From NCBI GenBank assembly GCA_035456145.1, contig DATIDU010000104.1:1-42733 (forward strand): a stretch of 42,733 nucleotides of DNA. The letters run 5' to 3'. Under the pieces are notes generated by a model, which saw nothing but the letters and a program-made list of their open reading frames with translations, did not search any database and had not been told where the DNA came from. Of this stretch, positions 1 to 8,048 are shown piece after piece. The stretch's first letter is position 1. Every line of letters begins with the position of its first letter. Position numbers and translations under genes: made by a program. The stretch comes from Gaiellales bacterium. GTDB taxonomy: Bacteria; Actinomycetota; Thermoleophilia; Gaiellales; JAICJC01.

Positions 1-1
1 C

Positions 2-1021
2 GCACGCACGCGCGACGCGCACGCGGCGCGCCTGCTCGACGAGGACGGGCGCGGGCTTGTCCTTCACCACGACCAGACCGCCGTGCCCCACGACGAGCTC
101 CGCACCGGTTCGGGCACGCCGTTTCTGCGCTACTCGGCATACGCCCGCGCCGCACGGCGGCGGATGGCCGAGCACCGGCCGGCTGACATCGACCTGCGCG
201 GACGGCTCGTGAAGACGGCGCGCGCGGAGATCCCGGAACCGAAGGACATCCGCGTGCGCGTGAGTGCGGCGAACGACCTGGAGGGTGGCGAGAGGGCTGC
301 CCGGGCCCGCCTGGACACCTGGGTGGCCGGTGGGCTCTCGGCCTACGGCGGGCGCCGCGACGAGATCGCCGACCCCGATGCCACCTCCAGGATCTCGGCC
401 GCGATGAAGCTCGGCATGCTCTCGCCGCGCCGGGTCGCGGCGGCCGCCGTCGAGGCGGACTCGGACGCGTGGCTCTCCGAGCTCCTGTGGCGCGACTGGT
501 TCAAGTATGTGCTGCACCACAACCCCGACCTGGCCGACCGCACGCTCGAGCCGAGCCTCGAGCGGCTCGAGTGGTCCGACGACGATCCGGCATTCAAAGC
601 CTGGACGCGCGGCGAGACCGGATTCGGGCTGGTCGACGCAGGCATGCGCCAGCTCGCCCAGACCGGCGAGCAGCCGAACCGCGTGCGGATGGTGTGCGCG
701 AGCTTCCTGACGAAGGACCTGCACGTCGACTGGCGCCGCGGCGAGCGCTGGTACCGCGAGCACCTGGTCGACGGCGACCTCTCGGCGAACGCCGGGAACT
801 GGCAGTGGGTCGCCGGCACCGGGATCGACGCCGCGCCGTGGTTTCGGGTGATGAGCCCGATCGTGCAGGAGAAGCGGTTCGACCCGGACGGGACCTACGT
901 CGAGCGCTGGGCGCCCGACCGGCCGGCGCGGATCGTCGACCACGCCGTCGAGCGCGAGCGAGCGCTCGACCGCTACCGCCGCGCGCGGGCGGCGCGGAAT
1001 CAATCGCCTACGCCGCGCTGA
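2..1021 (+). CDS. phr: Deoxyribodipyrimidine photolyase/cryptochrome family protein, C-terminal FAD-binding part (5' end outside the window)
   Basis: ORF 83..1021 stays open in the same frame back to base 2. Motifs WRDWF, GFGLVDAGMRQL, NRVRMVCASFLTKDL and GNWQWVAGTG are typical of the photolyase FAD-binding domain. Confidence 0.85.
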   Translation, partial: ARTRDAHAARLLDEDGRGLVLHHDQTAVPHDELRTGSGTPFLRYSAYARAARRRMAEHRPADIDLRGRLVKTARAEIPEPKDIRVRVSAANDLEGGERAARARLDTWVAGGLSAYGGRRDEIADPDATSRISAAMKLGMLSPRRVAAAAVEADSDAWLSELLWRDWFKYVLHHNPDLADRTLEPSLERLEWSDDDPAFKAWTRGETGFGLVDAGMRQLAQTGEQPNRVRMVCASFLTKDLHVDWRRGERWYREHLVDGDLSANAGNWQWVAGTGIDAAPWFRVMSPIVQEKRFDPDGTYVERWAPDRPARIVDHAVERERALDRYRRARAARNQSPTPR

Positions 1022-1958
1022 GCCGGTCGAGCTCCTCGGGGGCGAGCTCGAGCACTGCCATCGGCAGGAGCTCGGCGAGCTGCTCCGGCGTCCGGGCGCT
1101 CGCGATCGGTGCCGTCACGCCCGGCTGGGCGCGAAGCCAGGCGAGCGCGACCGCCGCGACCGTCGTTGAGTGGGCGGCGGCGGCCTCGTCGAGCGCCGCG
1201 AGCACGTGCGCGGCCCGGTCGAGGTGCTTGCGCGCCGACCCCGCCCGGGCGCTCTCAACCTCGGGGCCGTCCGGCCGGTACTTCCCGGTGAGAAAGCCAG
1301 ATGCGAGGGCGTAGTAGGGCATGCAGGCCAGCCCTTCGGCGATCGACAGCTTCTGGAGCTCGCCCTCGTACTCCGAGCGGCTCACCAGGTTGTACTCCGG
1401 CTGGAGGCCGACGTAGCGGACGAGGCCCTCGCGGTCGCTCACCCGCAGCGCCTCGGCCAGGCGCGGAGCCGAGTAGTTCGACGCCGCGACATGGAGCACC
1501 TTGCCGGCCCTGACCAGCGCGTCGAACGCCGCCATCGTCTCCTCGAGGGGCGTCTCGGGGTCGTCGGCGTGGGCGTAGTAGAGGTCGATGCGGTCGGTGC
1601 CGAGCCGCTCGAGCGACTCGTCGGCGCCGGTGCGGATCGTCTCCGCCGCGAGGCCGCGCATGCCCTGGGCGCGGCCGACCTTGGTCGCGATCACGAGCTC
1701 GTCACGGTTCCGGCGCGCGGCCATCCAGCGGCCGATGATCTGCTCCGACATCCCGCGCGGATTGCCCTCGACCCAGTTGCCGTAGCCGTCGGCTGTGTCG
1801 ACGAAGTTACCGCCCGCGGCCGTGTAGGCGTCGAGCACCGCCATCGACTCCTCCTCGTCCGCGGTCCAGCCGAAGACGTTGCCGCCCAGACAGAGCGGCG
1901 AGACGGCGATGCCGGTGGAGCCAAGCGGGACGGTGGGCAGCACGGAGGCCTCCTTCAC
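1008..1958 (-). CDS. Aldo/keto reductase family oxidoreductase
   Basis: 316-aa ORF with LGGNVFGW, FVDTADGYG and overall AKR-like sequence. The GTG start overlaps the stop of the upstream SDR (GTGA, 1955-1958). The 3' end overlaps the photolyase 3' end by 14 nt. Confidence 0.9.
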   Translation of the reverse strand: MKEASVLPTVPLGSTGIAVSPLCLGGNVFGWTADEEESMAVLDAYTAAGGNFVDTADGYGNWVEGNPRGMSEQIIGRWMAARRNRDELVIATKVGRAQGMRGLAAETIRTGADESLERLGTDRIDLYYAHADDPETPLEETMAAFDALVRAGKVLHVAASNYSAPRLAEALRVSDREGLVRYVGLQPEYNLVSRSEYEGELQKLSIAEGLACMPYYALASGFLTGKYRPDGPEVESARAGSARKHLDRAAHVLAALDEAAAAHSTTVAAVALAWLRAQPGVTAPIASARTPEQLAELLPMAVLELAPEELDRLSAA

Positions 1959-2737
1959 GGGTCGTCGAACGCGGCGGTCGAGAGGTCAACGGCGCTCGAT
2001 CCGCCGTCGACAGGGAGGACCGCGCCGGTGATTCCCGACGCGGCGGGCGACGCCAGGAAGACGCAGGCCGCCGCGACCTCCTCGGCGGTCACCGGCCGGC
2101 GAAGCGGGACGTGAGCGGAGCAGAGGGCGTAGGCGCCCTCCCGGTCGGTGCCGCGGCGGGCGCCGAGCCGGTCCATGCTCGCGTCGCCGATCGGCGTCCG
2201 CGTCCACGCGGGGCAGACGGCGTTCACCCGGACGCCGCGAGGGCCGTAGTCGCGCGCCAGGGACCGCGTGAGGCCGATCAGGGCGTGCTTTGCCGCGGTG
2301 TAGCCCGCGTCGTTGGGGATGGCGAAGAGGCCCGAGACCGACGACACCACGACGATCGCGCCCGAGCGCTCGACGATCGCAGGCAGTGCGGCCCGGGCCA
2401 GGACGAAGCAGCTCGTCAGATTCGACCGCATAACCGCGTCCCACATGCCGTCGTCGATGTCCAGCACGGCGGCCGAGCCCTCGCCGCCGGCGTTGGCGAC
2501 GAGCACGTCGAGGCCGCCGAAGGCGGCGGTGGTCTCCGCCACGGCTCGTTCGGCATCCTCGGCGACGGCCGAGTCGCCGATGCACGCCAGCCCGCCGATG
2601 CCGGCAGCCGCCTGCTCGACCGGCTCGCGCCGCCGGCCCATCACCGCGACCCGTGCGCCCGCGGCGGCGAGGCTGCGGGCCGTGGCCGCACCGATCCCGC
2701 TTCCGCCGCCGCTCACAAGCGCCACCGTCCCGTGCAC
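1955..2737 (-). CDS. Short-chain dehydrogenase/reductase (SDR)
   Basis: This is the last 260 codons of ORF 1955..3238. GTG at 2737 lies directly before the Rossmann motif VSGGGSGIG. NAG and the catalytic YTAAK (YxxxK) are present. The upstream part of the long ORF is low-complexity and antisense to the transporter gene. Confidence 0.85.
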   Translation of the reverse strand: MHGTVALVSGGGSGIGAATARSLAAAGARVAVMGRRREPVEQAAAGIGGLACIGDSAVAEDAERAVAETTAAFGGLDVLVANAGGEGSAAVLDIDDGMWDAVMRSNLTSCFVLARAALPAIVERSGAIVVVSSVSGLFAIPNDAGYTAAKHALIGLTRSLARDYGPRGVRVNAVCPAWTRTPIGDASMDRLGARRGTDREGAYALCSAHVPLRRPVTAEEVAAACVFLASPAASGITGAVLPVDGGSSAVDLSTAAFDDP

Positions 2738-2795
2738 CGGCCGATTGTCGCCGCTTCGGCCGCACGGCCGCGCCGCTTCGTATCCTTCGCGGGCA

Positions 2796-3860
2796 GTGTC
2801 CGGCCTCCCGCTCCCTGCGGTGCTCGCCGTCTTCGGCGTGGCGGCGCTCGCAGTCTGGTTCGCCGGGATCAGGCTCTCGGACACGACGGACGTGCTCGCC
2901 ACCCGCCTCGGGCTCGGGGAGGCGCTCGGCGGCCTCATCCTCCTCGCGATCGCAACCAATCTGCCCGAGATCGCGATCACCGTCAGCGCGGCCTTCGCCA
3001 ACAACCTCGGAATCGCCATCGGCAACATCCTCGGTGGCATCGCGATCCAGACCGTCGTCCTGGCGGTGATGGACGCCCTCGGCCTGGGCCGCGACGACGG
3101 CCTGACGTACCGCTCCGCATCGCTCTCGCTCGTGCTTGAGGCCATGGTCGTGATCGCGGTCCTGGTCATCGCGGTGATGGGGGCACAGCTGCCGCTCGGG
3201 ATCGCGAACGGCAGGCTCGAGCCCGCGGCGGTCTTCATCGTCGCCGCGTGGATCGCCGGTCTGTGGCTGGTCGACCGGGCCCGCCGCGGGCTGCCGTGGC
3301 ACGAGCTCGGAAACCCACCGGACGGCCAGGAGAAGCGCCGCGGGCACGCGCGCGAGAAGAGGGCCGAGCGGACCTATCGACGGCTCGGGACCCGCGCGGC
3401 GGTCGCCGTGTTTGCGGCCGCCGCGCTCGTCACGCTGGTCGCGGGTGTCGCGCTCGAGCAGAGCGGCGAGGTCATCGCGGGGCGCGCAGGGATGAGCGGG
3501 GTCGTGTTCGGTGCGACGATCCTGGCGGCCGCGACCGCGCTTCCCGAGGTGTCGACCGGACTCTCCTCGATCAAGCTCGGCGACTACCAGCTGGCCGTAA
3601 GCGACATCTTCGGCGGAAACGCGTTCCTCCCCGTCCTGTTCCTGCCCGCCGGGCTGATCTCCGGGCACGCCGTCCTGCCGCAGGCCCAGCCGACCGACAT
3701 CTACCTGACGGGGCTCGGTGCGCTCCTGACGGTGGTCTACGTGGTCGGCCTGATCTTCCGGCCACGGCGCCAGCTCTGGGTGATGGGCGCGGACTCCTGG
3801 GCGGTGGTCGTCCTGTACGCGCTCGGAGTGGCCGGACTGGCCGCGATCTCCCGCGGCTGA
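2796..3860 (+). CDS. Sodium/calcium exchanger (CaCA, YrbG-like) membrane protein
   Basis: This is the C-terminal ~354 codons of ORF 2313..3860. It is multi-TM with two alpha-repeat-like segments (ATNLPEIAITVSAA and ATALPEVSTGLSS). The in-frame GTG at 2796 is the first start after the divergent SDR; the exact start is uncertain. Confidence 0.8.
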   Translation: MSGLPLPAVLAVFGVAALAVWFAGIRLSDTTDVLATRLGLGEALGGLILLAIATNLPEIAITVSAAFANNLGIAIGNILGGIAIQTVVLAVMDALGLGRDDGLTYRSASLSLVLEAMVVIAVLVIAVMGAQLPLGIANGRLEPAAVFIVAAWIAGLWLVDRARRGLPWHELGNPPDGQEKRRGHAREKRAERTYRRLGTRAAVAVFAAAALVTLVAGVALEQSGEVIAGRAGMSGVVFGATILAAATALPEVSTGLSSIKLGDYQLAVSDIFGGNAFLPVLFLPAGLISGHAVLPQAQPTDIYLTGLGALLTVVYVVGLIFRPRRQLWVMGADSWAVVVLYALGVAGLAAISRG

Positions 3861-3863
3861 GGC

Positions 3864-6036
3864 TCAGACGTCGTCCGGCTGGTCGGACATCGCGGCTTGG
3901 CGGTCGGCACCGGCGAGCCAGGCCTCCAGCTCGGCGGCCGGAAGCGGCCGGCTGATGAAGTAGCCCTGGGCGACGTCGCAGCCGAGCCGCGCGAGCCGCT
4001 CCCACGTGTCGGCGCGCTCGACGCCCTCGGCGACCGTGGTGAGGCCCGGCTTGCGCGCCAGGGCGACGGTGGCCTCGACGATGCTGGTGTCGGTCTGGCT
4101 GCCCGTAAGGCCGTTCACGAACGAGCGGTCGATCTTGAGCTCGTCGACCGGCAGCTGCTGGAGGTAGGACAGCGACGAGTATCCGGTGCCAAAGTCGTCG
4201 AGCGAGATCCGCACGCCCATGTCGTGCAGGCGGGCCAGCACGTCGATGGCCCGGCTCGGGTCGAGGACGAGCATCGTCTCGGTGATTTCGAGCCTCAGGG
4301 AGCCCGCCTCGAGGCCGACTCGGTCGAGCTCGGCCGCCACCGAGCCGGGGAGGTCCGGATCGACAAGGTCGCGCACCGACAAGTTGACAGCCACGCAGAG
4401 CTCGATCCCGCGATCCCGCCACTCGCGGCACTGGGACAGGGCGATCCGCAGCACGCGACGCGTCAGCGGACGGATGAGGCCGGTGTGCTCGGCGAGGTGG
4501 ACGAAGTCGTTCCGGGGCGATTATCCCTCGCTCGGGGTGCTGCCAGCGCACGAGCGCCTCGAGGCTTCGGACGCGGCCGTCCCCCAGGCTGGCCTTCGGC
4601 TGGTAGTGGACAATGATCTCGCCGCGGTCGAGCGCGTGGCGCAACTCGCCGACAAGCGCCAGCCGCTCCGTCGAGTGGTCGTCGGTCGAGGGGTCGTAGA
4701 CCTGCATCGCGGTGCGCGTGTCCTTGGCGACGTACATCGCGATGTCCGCACGCTGCAGGAGAGCGTCAACCTGGTCGCCGTGGTCGGGGTAGACGGCGAT
4801 GCCGATGCTGACCCGGATATCGAGCGGGACGTCGTGAAGCACAAGCGGCACGGCGAGCGCCGTCCGGATTCGCGTAGCAAGGTGGGCCGCGGCGGGTTCC
4901 TCCATGACGCGCGGCATGAGGATCGCGAACTCGTCGCCTCCCAGCCGGGCGAGCGTGTCGCTAGCCCGTAGGACGCCGCGAAGACGCGCGGCCACGGCCG
5001 CGATCACGCGGTCGCCCCGGTGGTGCCCAAGGGTGTCGTTGATCTAGCGGAAGCCGTCGATGTCCATGAGCAGGACGGCCGTCCCGACGCCATCCCGGTT
5101 CGCTGCCGCAATCGCCTGTTCGGTACGGTCGCGAAAGAGCATCCGGTTGGGAAGGCCCGTAAGCTCGTCGTGCGTCAGCCGGTACGCGCTGCGCTCGGGT
5201 TCATGTGGACGTATGCAACCCGGCGCCCGCCGACATCGAAGAGCCCTGCCGACCGGCCGGTTCGCGTCACCTTGCGGACCTCGTGCAGATCGGGACCCGC
5301 GAGCGGCGTCGCAACGTCGCGCCCCTGTGCGTTCGTGAACAGAACCACGCCGGTACGGGCATCGACCACCGACATCTCGGCCCCCCGTGCCCGGAGCAAC
5401 GCCTCGCGCCGGAGCGAGTCGACGGGAACTTGAAGCTGGAGGATCACACGACCCCGAGACCGGTCGCCGCGGCCGTTGAGCTCGGGACGACCCACTCGCC
5501 CGTGTCTTCGGCGACATATGGGGCCGACTGATAGACCGTGCCCGGCGGCAGCGTCGTCGACGCCCAGAAGAACCGCTTCAGGGTCTCGTCCTCCGCCGGC
5601 CGCCTGCGTGACGCCCACCCGAGCGGCCGCGCCGTCGCCAACGCGTGCCCAGCGCCGTCGATCGCCTCGGCGGCTCCGGCCAGCCGGCGTCCGTAACCTG
5701 TCCGGAGAGCGACCAGCGCCTCGTCGGCGCGCCGCTGCACGCCGGGATCGGCTCCGGCCGGGCCGGACCGAGCCGCCAGGACACGGCGCCACACCGGGCT
5801 CACGGCCGTCGCCTGGAGGAGCGCCCGAGCGACTGGGTGAGGGCGGCGACCTCGCTGGACGCCGCTGTCTGGAGACGGGCGTCCTGCGTGGCCTGGGACT
5901 GGATCGCCGCTTCACGGACAAGGAGCACCGCCCCGAGCCCGAGCGGAACGAGGCCGGCCGCCATGACCAAGAACGCCCAGCGCGCGTGGTCGCGTAGGAG
6001 CACGCGCAGCGCGTGCCGGTCGAACGGTACGGCCAT
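3864..6036 (-). pseudogene. Decayed TM-sensor(Cache-like, tentative)-GGDEF-EAL c-di-GMP signalling gene
   Basis: Homology is spread over several minus-strand frames. ORF 5800..6036 carries the N-terminal TM helix. ORF 5444..5803 plus the C-terminus of 5175..6704 carry the sensor (SAPYVAEDTGEWVV / ILQLQVPVDSL). ORF 5044..5517 has LTGLPNR and DIDGFR, then an in-frame TAG at 5044-5046. ORF 3571..5007 has INDTLGH, RASD I-site, RLGGDEF and YQPK..EALVRW. ORF 3864..4454 has EITE, DDFGTGYSS, EGVE and QGY. Frame breaks lie near 5805-5835, 5445-5449, 5196-5199 and 4511-4517. Confidence 0.75.
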
Positions 6037-6147
6037 ATGTAGATGGTCGGAGCGCCGGGACGCTTCTTGAGAACCCGTGACCGGGGCCCTCGTATTGGAG
6101 TAGACGGACTACGCCGATCCGCGGTCAAACCGCTCCGCAAGGGGCAT

Positions 6148-6261
6148 TTGACGTGCCGGGACGACGACCAGTCCGCGCCCTTTCCGAAGGCCACCCGGGC
6201 CGCCTGCTCCAAGCCGCCGGCCGAGCTCCGCGATGACGGCCGCCTCGTCGGCCGGCGAGGG
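6148..6261 (-). pseudogene. Relic 3' fragment of a methyltransferase paralog (partial duplication of 6415..6528)
   Basis: Part of ORF 6109..6366 reads PSPADEAAVIAELGRRLGAGGPGGLRKGRGLVVVPARQ, versus LSPAEEWAVIGELGRRLGEGGPDGLRIDRALVVVTARQ at the end of the methyltransferase. The 114 nt align codon by codon with about 80% identity by eye, at a 267-bp offset. Confidence 0.5.
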
Positions 6262-6282
6262 GGCATGCACCGACCCAGGTGG

Positions 6283-6411
6283 GGGGACAGTCCCTGAACC
6301 TTCGGCGACAGGCTTCCGTGACGATGCCGCGACGATGGGCGGACAGGTCGGCCCGCGGTGTGCCACGAAGGCGCGGCGTATCGTCGCGACAACCGTTCAG
6401 GGACTGTCCCC
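6283..6411. repeat. 17-bp perfect inverted repeat (GGGGACAGTCCCTGAAC / GTTCAGGGACTGTCCCC) separated by 95 bp
   Basis: The arms are at 6283..6299 and 6395..6411. The right arm contains the methyltransferase stop codon (TCA on + at 6397-6399). The spacer contains a further pair, CGCGACGAT (6329-6337) / ATCGTCGCG (6380-6388). Confidence 0.7.
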
Positions 6412-7149
6412 GCGTTGGCGGGCGGTGACGACCACCAGGGCGCGGTCGATCCGAAGGCCGTCTGGGCCGCCTTCCCCCAGCCGCCGGCCGAGCTCCCCGA
6501 TGACGGCCCACTCCTCGGCCGGCGAGAGGGTCTCGGCCAGCCGGGTGAAGTGGCCGATGGTCGCGGTGAGGTCGTGCCAGTGCTCGGCCGCCGATTGCGG
6601 CGCGAGCTCGTCGCGCAGCACGACGCCGCCGGCATCGAGACCCGCGCGCCGGTGGGCGTCCACCAGCTCGTCGAGGTCGCCCAGGCGGCCGAAGACGCGG
6701 GCAAACGCCGCCCGCTCGTCTCCCAGCACCGCGGCCACAGCCGCGCGGGCTTCCCCGAACCACGGGTTCTCCTCGACCCGGGCCCAGACCGCGGTCACGA
6801 CCGGGGCGCCGGGCTCGACCACCCGCCCAGCCTCACGAAGGACCGCGACCGGATCGGGAGCGATCATCAGCGCGAGCCTGCTCACGGCCGCGGCGAACCC
6901 GGCGTCGGCGAACGGCAGCGGCTCGGTCATGTCGGCGTGCAGGAACCGGGCGTCGACGCGCGCCTCGGCTGCCCGCCTCCTGGCGGCGTCGAGGCGCGCA
7001 TCGCTCACGTCGATGCCGGTCACGTCGGCTCCCCGCCTGGCCAGCTCGACCGCGAGCCGGCCGCTGCCGCAGCCGACGTCGAGCACCGACGGGGCGCCGG
7101 CGACCGCACCCAGAATCTCCGGGAAGCCCGGCGGGCTTCCGCCGGTCAC
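6397..7149 (-). CDS. Class I SAM-dependent methyltransferase
   Basis: This is the last 250 codons of ORF 6397..7359, with SAM-binding motif VLDVGCGSGRLA and downstream DVTGIDVS. The GTG start at 7149 overlaps the stop of the XdhC-like gene (GTGA). Confidence 0.85.
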   Translation of the reverse strand: MTGGSPPGFPEILGAVAGAPSVLDVGCGSGRLAVELARRGADVTGIDVSDARLDAARRRAAEARVDARFLHADMTEPLPFADAGFAAAVSRLALMIAPDPVAVLREAGRVVEPGAPVVTAVWARVEENPWFGEARAAVAAVLGDERAAFARVFGRLGDLDELVDAHRRAGLDAGGVVLRDELAPQSAAEHWHDLTATIGHFTRLAETLSPAEEWAVIGELGRRLGEGGPDGLRIDRALVVVTARQRGDSP

Positions 7150-8048
7150 CGCGCCTTCACACCGCCAATGTAGCGGGCCGGGTCCGCCTCGAAGCGGGCC
7201 CGGCAGCCGGAGCAGCAGAAGTGGTAGGAGACGCCGTCTACCACTGTCATCTCCCCGACCGGGTCCGTGGGCACACGCATGCCGCACACCGGGTCGACGG
7301 CCTCCGAGACCGCGACGGCGTCGGCACTCCAGGCGTCCGCTGCGGCCGAGTGGCGCCACGCCACGAGCTCGGCCAGCACGGCGACCGCGATCTCCTCCTG
7401 GCGCAGGGGCCCAAGGTCGAGCCCAGCCGGGCTCCGCACCCGCGCCAGCGCCGCGTCGTCCACCCCACGATCGCGCAGGATCGCGAACACCGACGCCGCC
7501 CGCCGCGTGCTGGCGACGAGCCCGACGTAGCCGGCGCCGGAGCCGAGCGCCGCCTGGAGCGTGTCCTCGTCGCCGCGGCCCATCGCCGCGATCACGACCG
7601 CGTCGGGCGCGCCGGCCACCTCGCGGGTCACCCGCCAGCCGACGGCCGGGGCGAGCTGGCAGAGCGCCCGCGCGGCGGGGCTCTCGCCGACGACGGCCAG
7701 GAGCGGGCCGGCGACACAGGGCTCGAGCAGCACCTCGACCGTGCCCTCCGACGCGCAGGACGTCGCCACGACGACGTCGGCGCCGCCCGGGTCGTCGTCG
7801 CCCTCCGGGCCGATCCGCACGAGCCGCGGGTCGCCGGCCGCGAGCGCGCGCAGCGACTCGCGGATCACCACCGGCTCGGAGCAGGCGCCGCCCACCCAGC
7901 CCTCGATCGTGCCGTCGGCTCGGACGAGCGCCCGGTCGCCGGGCCGGGTCGACGCCGGGCGGCGCACGCGGACGACGGTTGCGAGCACATACGGCTCGCC
8001 GTCGGCCGCCAGCCGCCCGGCCAGCACGATGACGTCGTCGGGGGTCAT
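7146..8048 (-). CDS. XdhC/CoxI-family molybdoenzyme maturation protein with C-terminal YHS (TRASH-type) metal-binding domain
   Basis: This is the last 300 codons of ORF 7146..10397. It has an XdhC_CoxI-like N-terminus (YVLATVVRVRRPASTRPGDRALV..GWVGGACSE) and a Rossmann-like XdhC_C part (LLAVVGESPAARAL). The C-terminal motif DPVCGMRV..VSYHFCCSGCRARFEADPARY matches YHS. The ATG at 8048 overlaps the coxL stop (ATGA). Confidence 0.85.
   Translation of the reverse strand: MTPDDVIVLAGRLAADGEPYVLATVVRVRRPASTRPGDRALVRADGTIEGWVGGACSEPVVIRESLRALAAGDPRLVRIGPEGDDDPGGADVVVATSCASEGTVEVLLEPCVAGPLLAVVGESPAARALCQLAPAVGWRVTREVAGAPDAVVIAAMGRGDEDTLQAALGSGAGYVGLVASTRRAASVFAILRDRGVDDAALARVRSPAGLDLGPLRQEEIAVAVLAELVAWRHSAAADAWSADAVAVSEAVDPVCGMRVPTDPVGEMTVVDGVSYHFCCSGCRARFEADPARYIGGVKAR

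Noticed and set aside
3571-5007. 478-aa ORF as an intact GGDEF protein
   Set aside because: Only the first ~165 residues are GGDEF/EAL-like. The remainder is junk antisense to the CaCA gene region. The true continuation (EAL core) is in ORF 3864..4454.
5044-5046. In-frame TAG in the GGDEF domain as a recoding event (pyrrolysine or programmed readthrough)
   Set aside because: The same gene carries several independent frameshifts, so simple decay is the parsimonious explanation. Nothing in the window hints at Pyl machinery.
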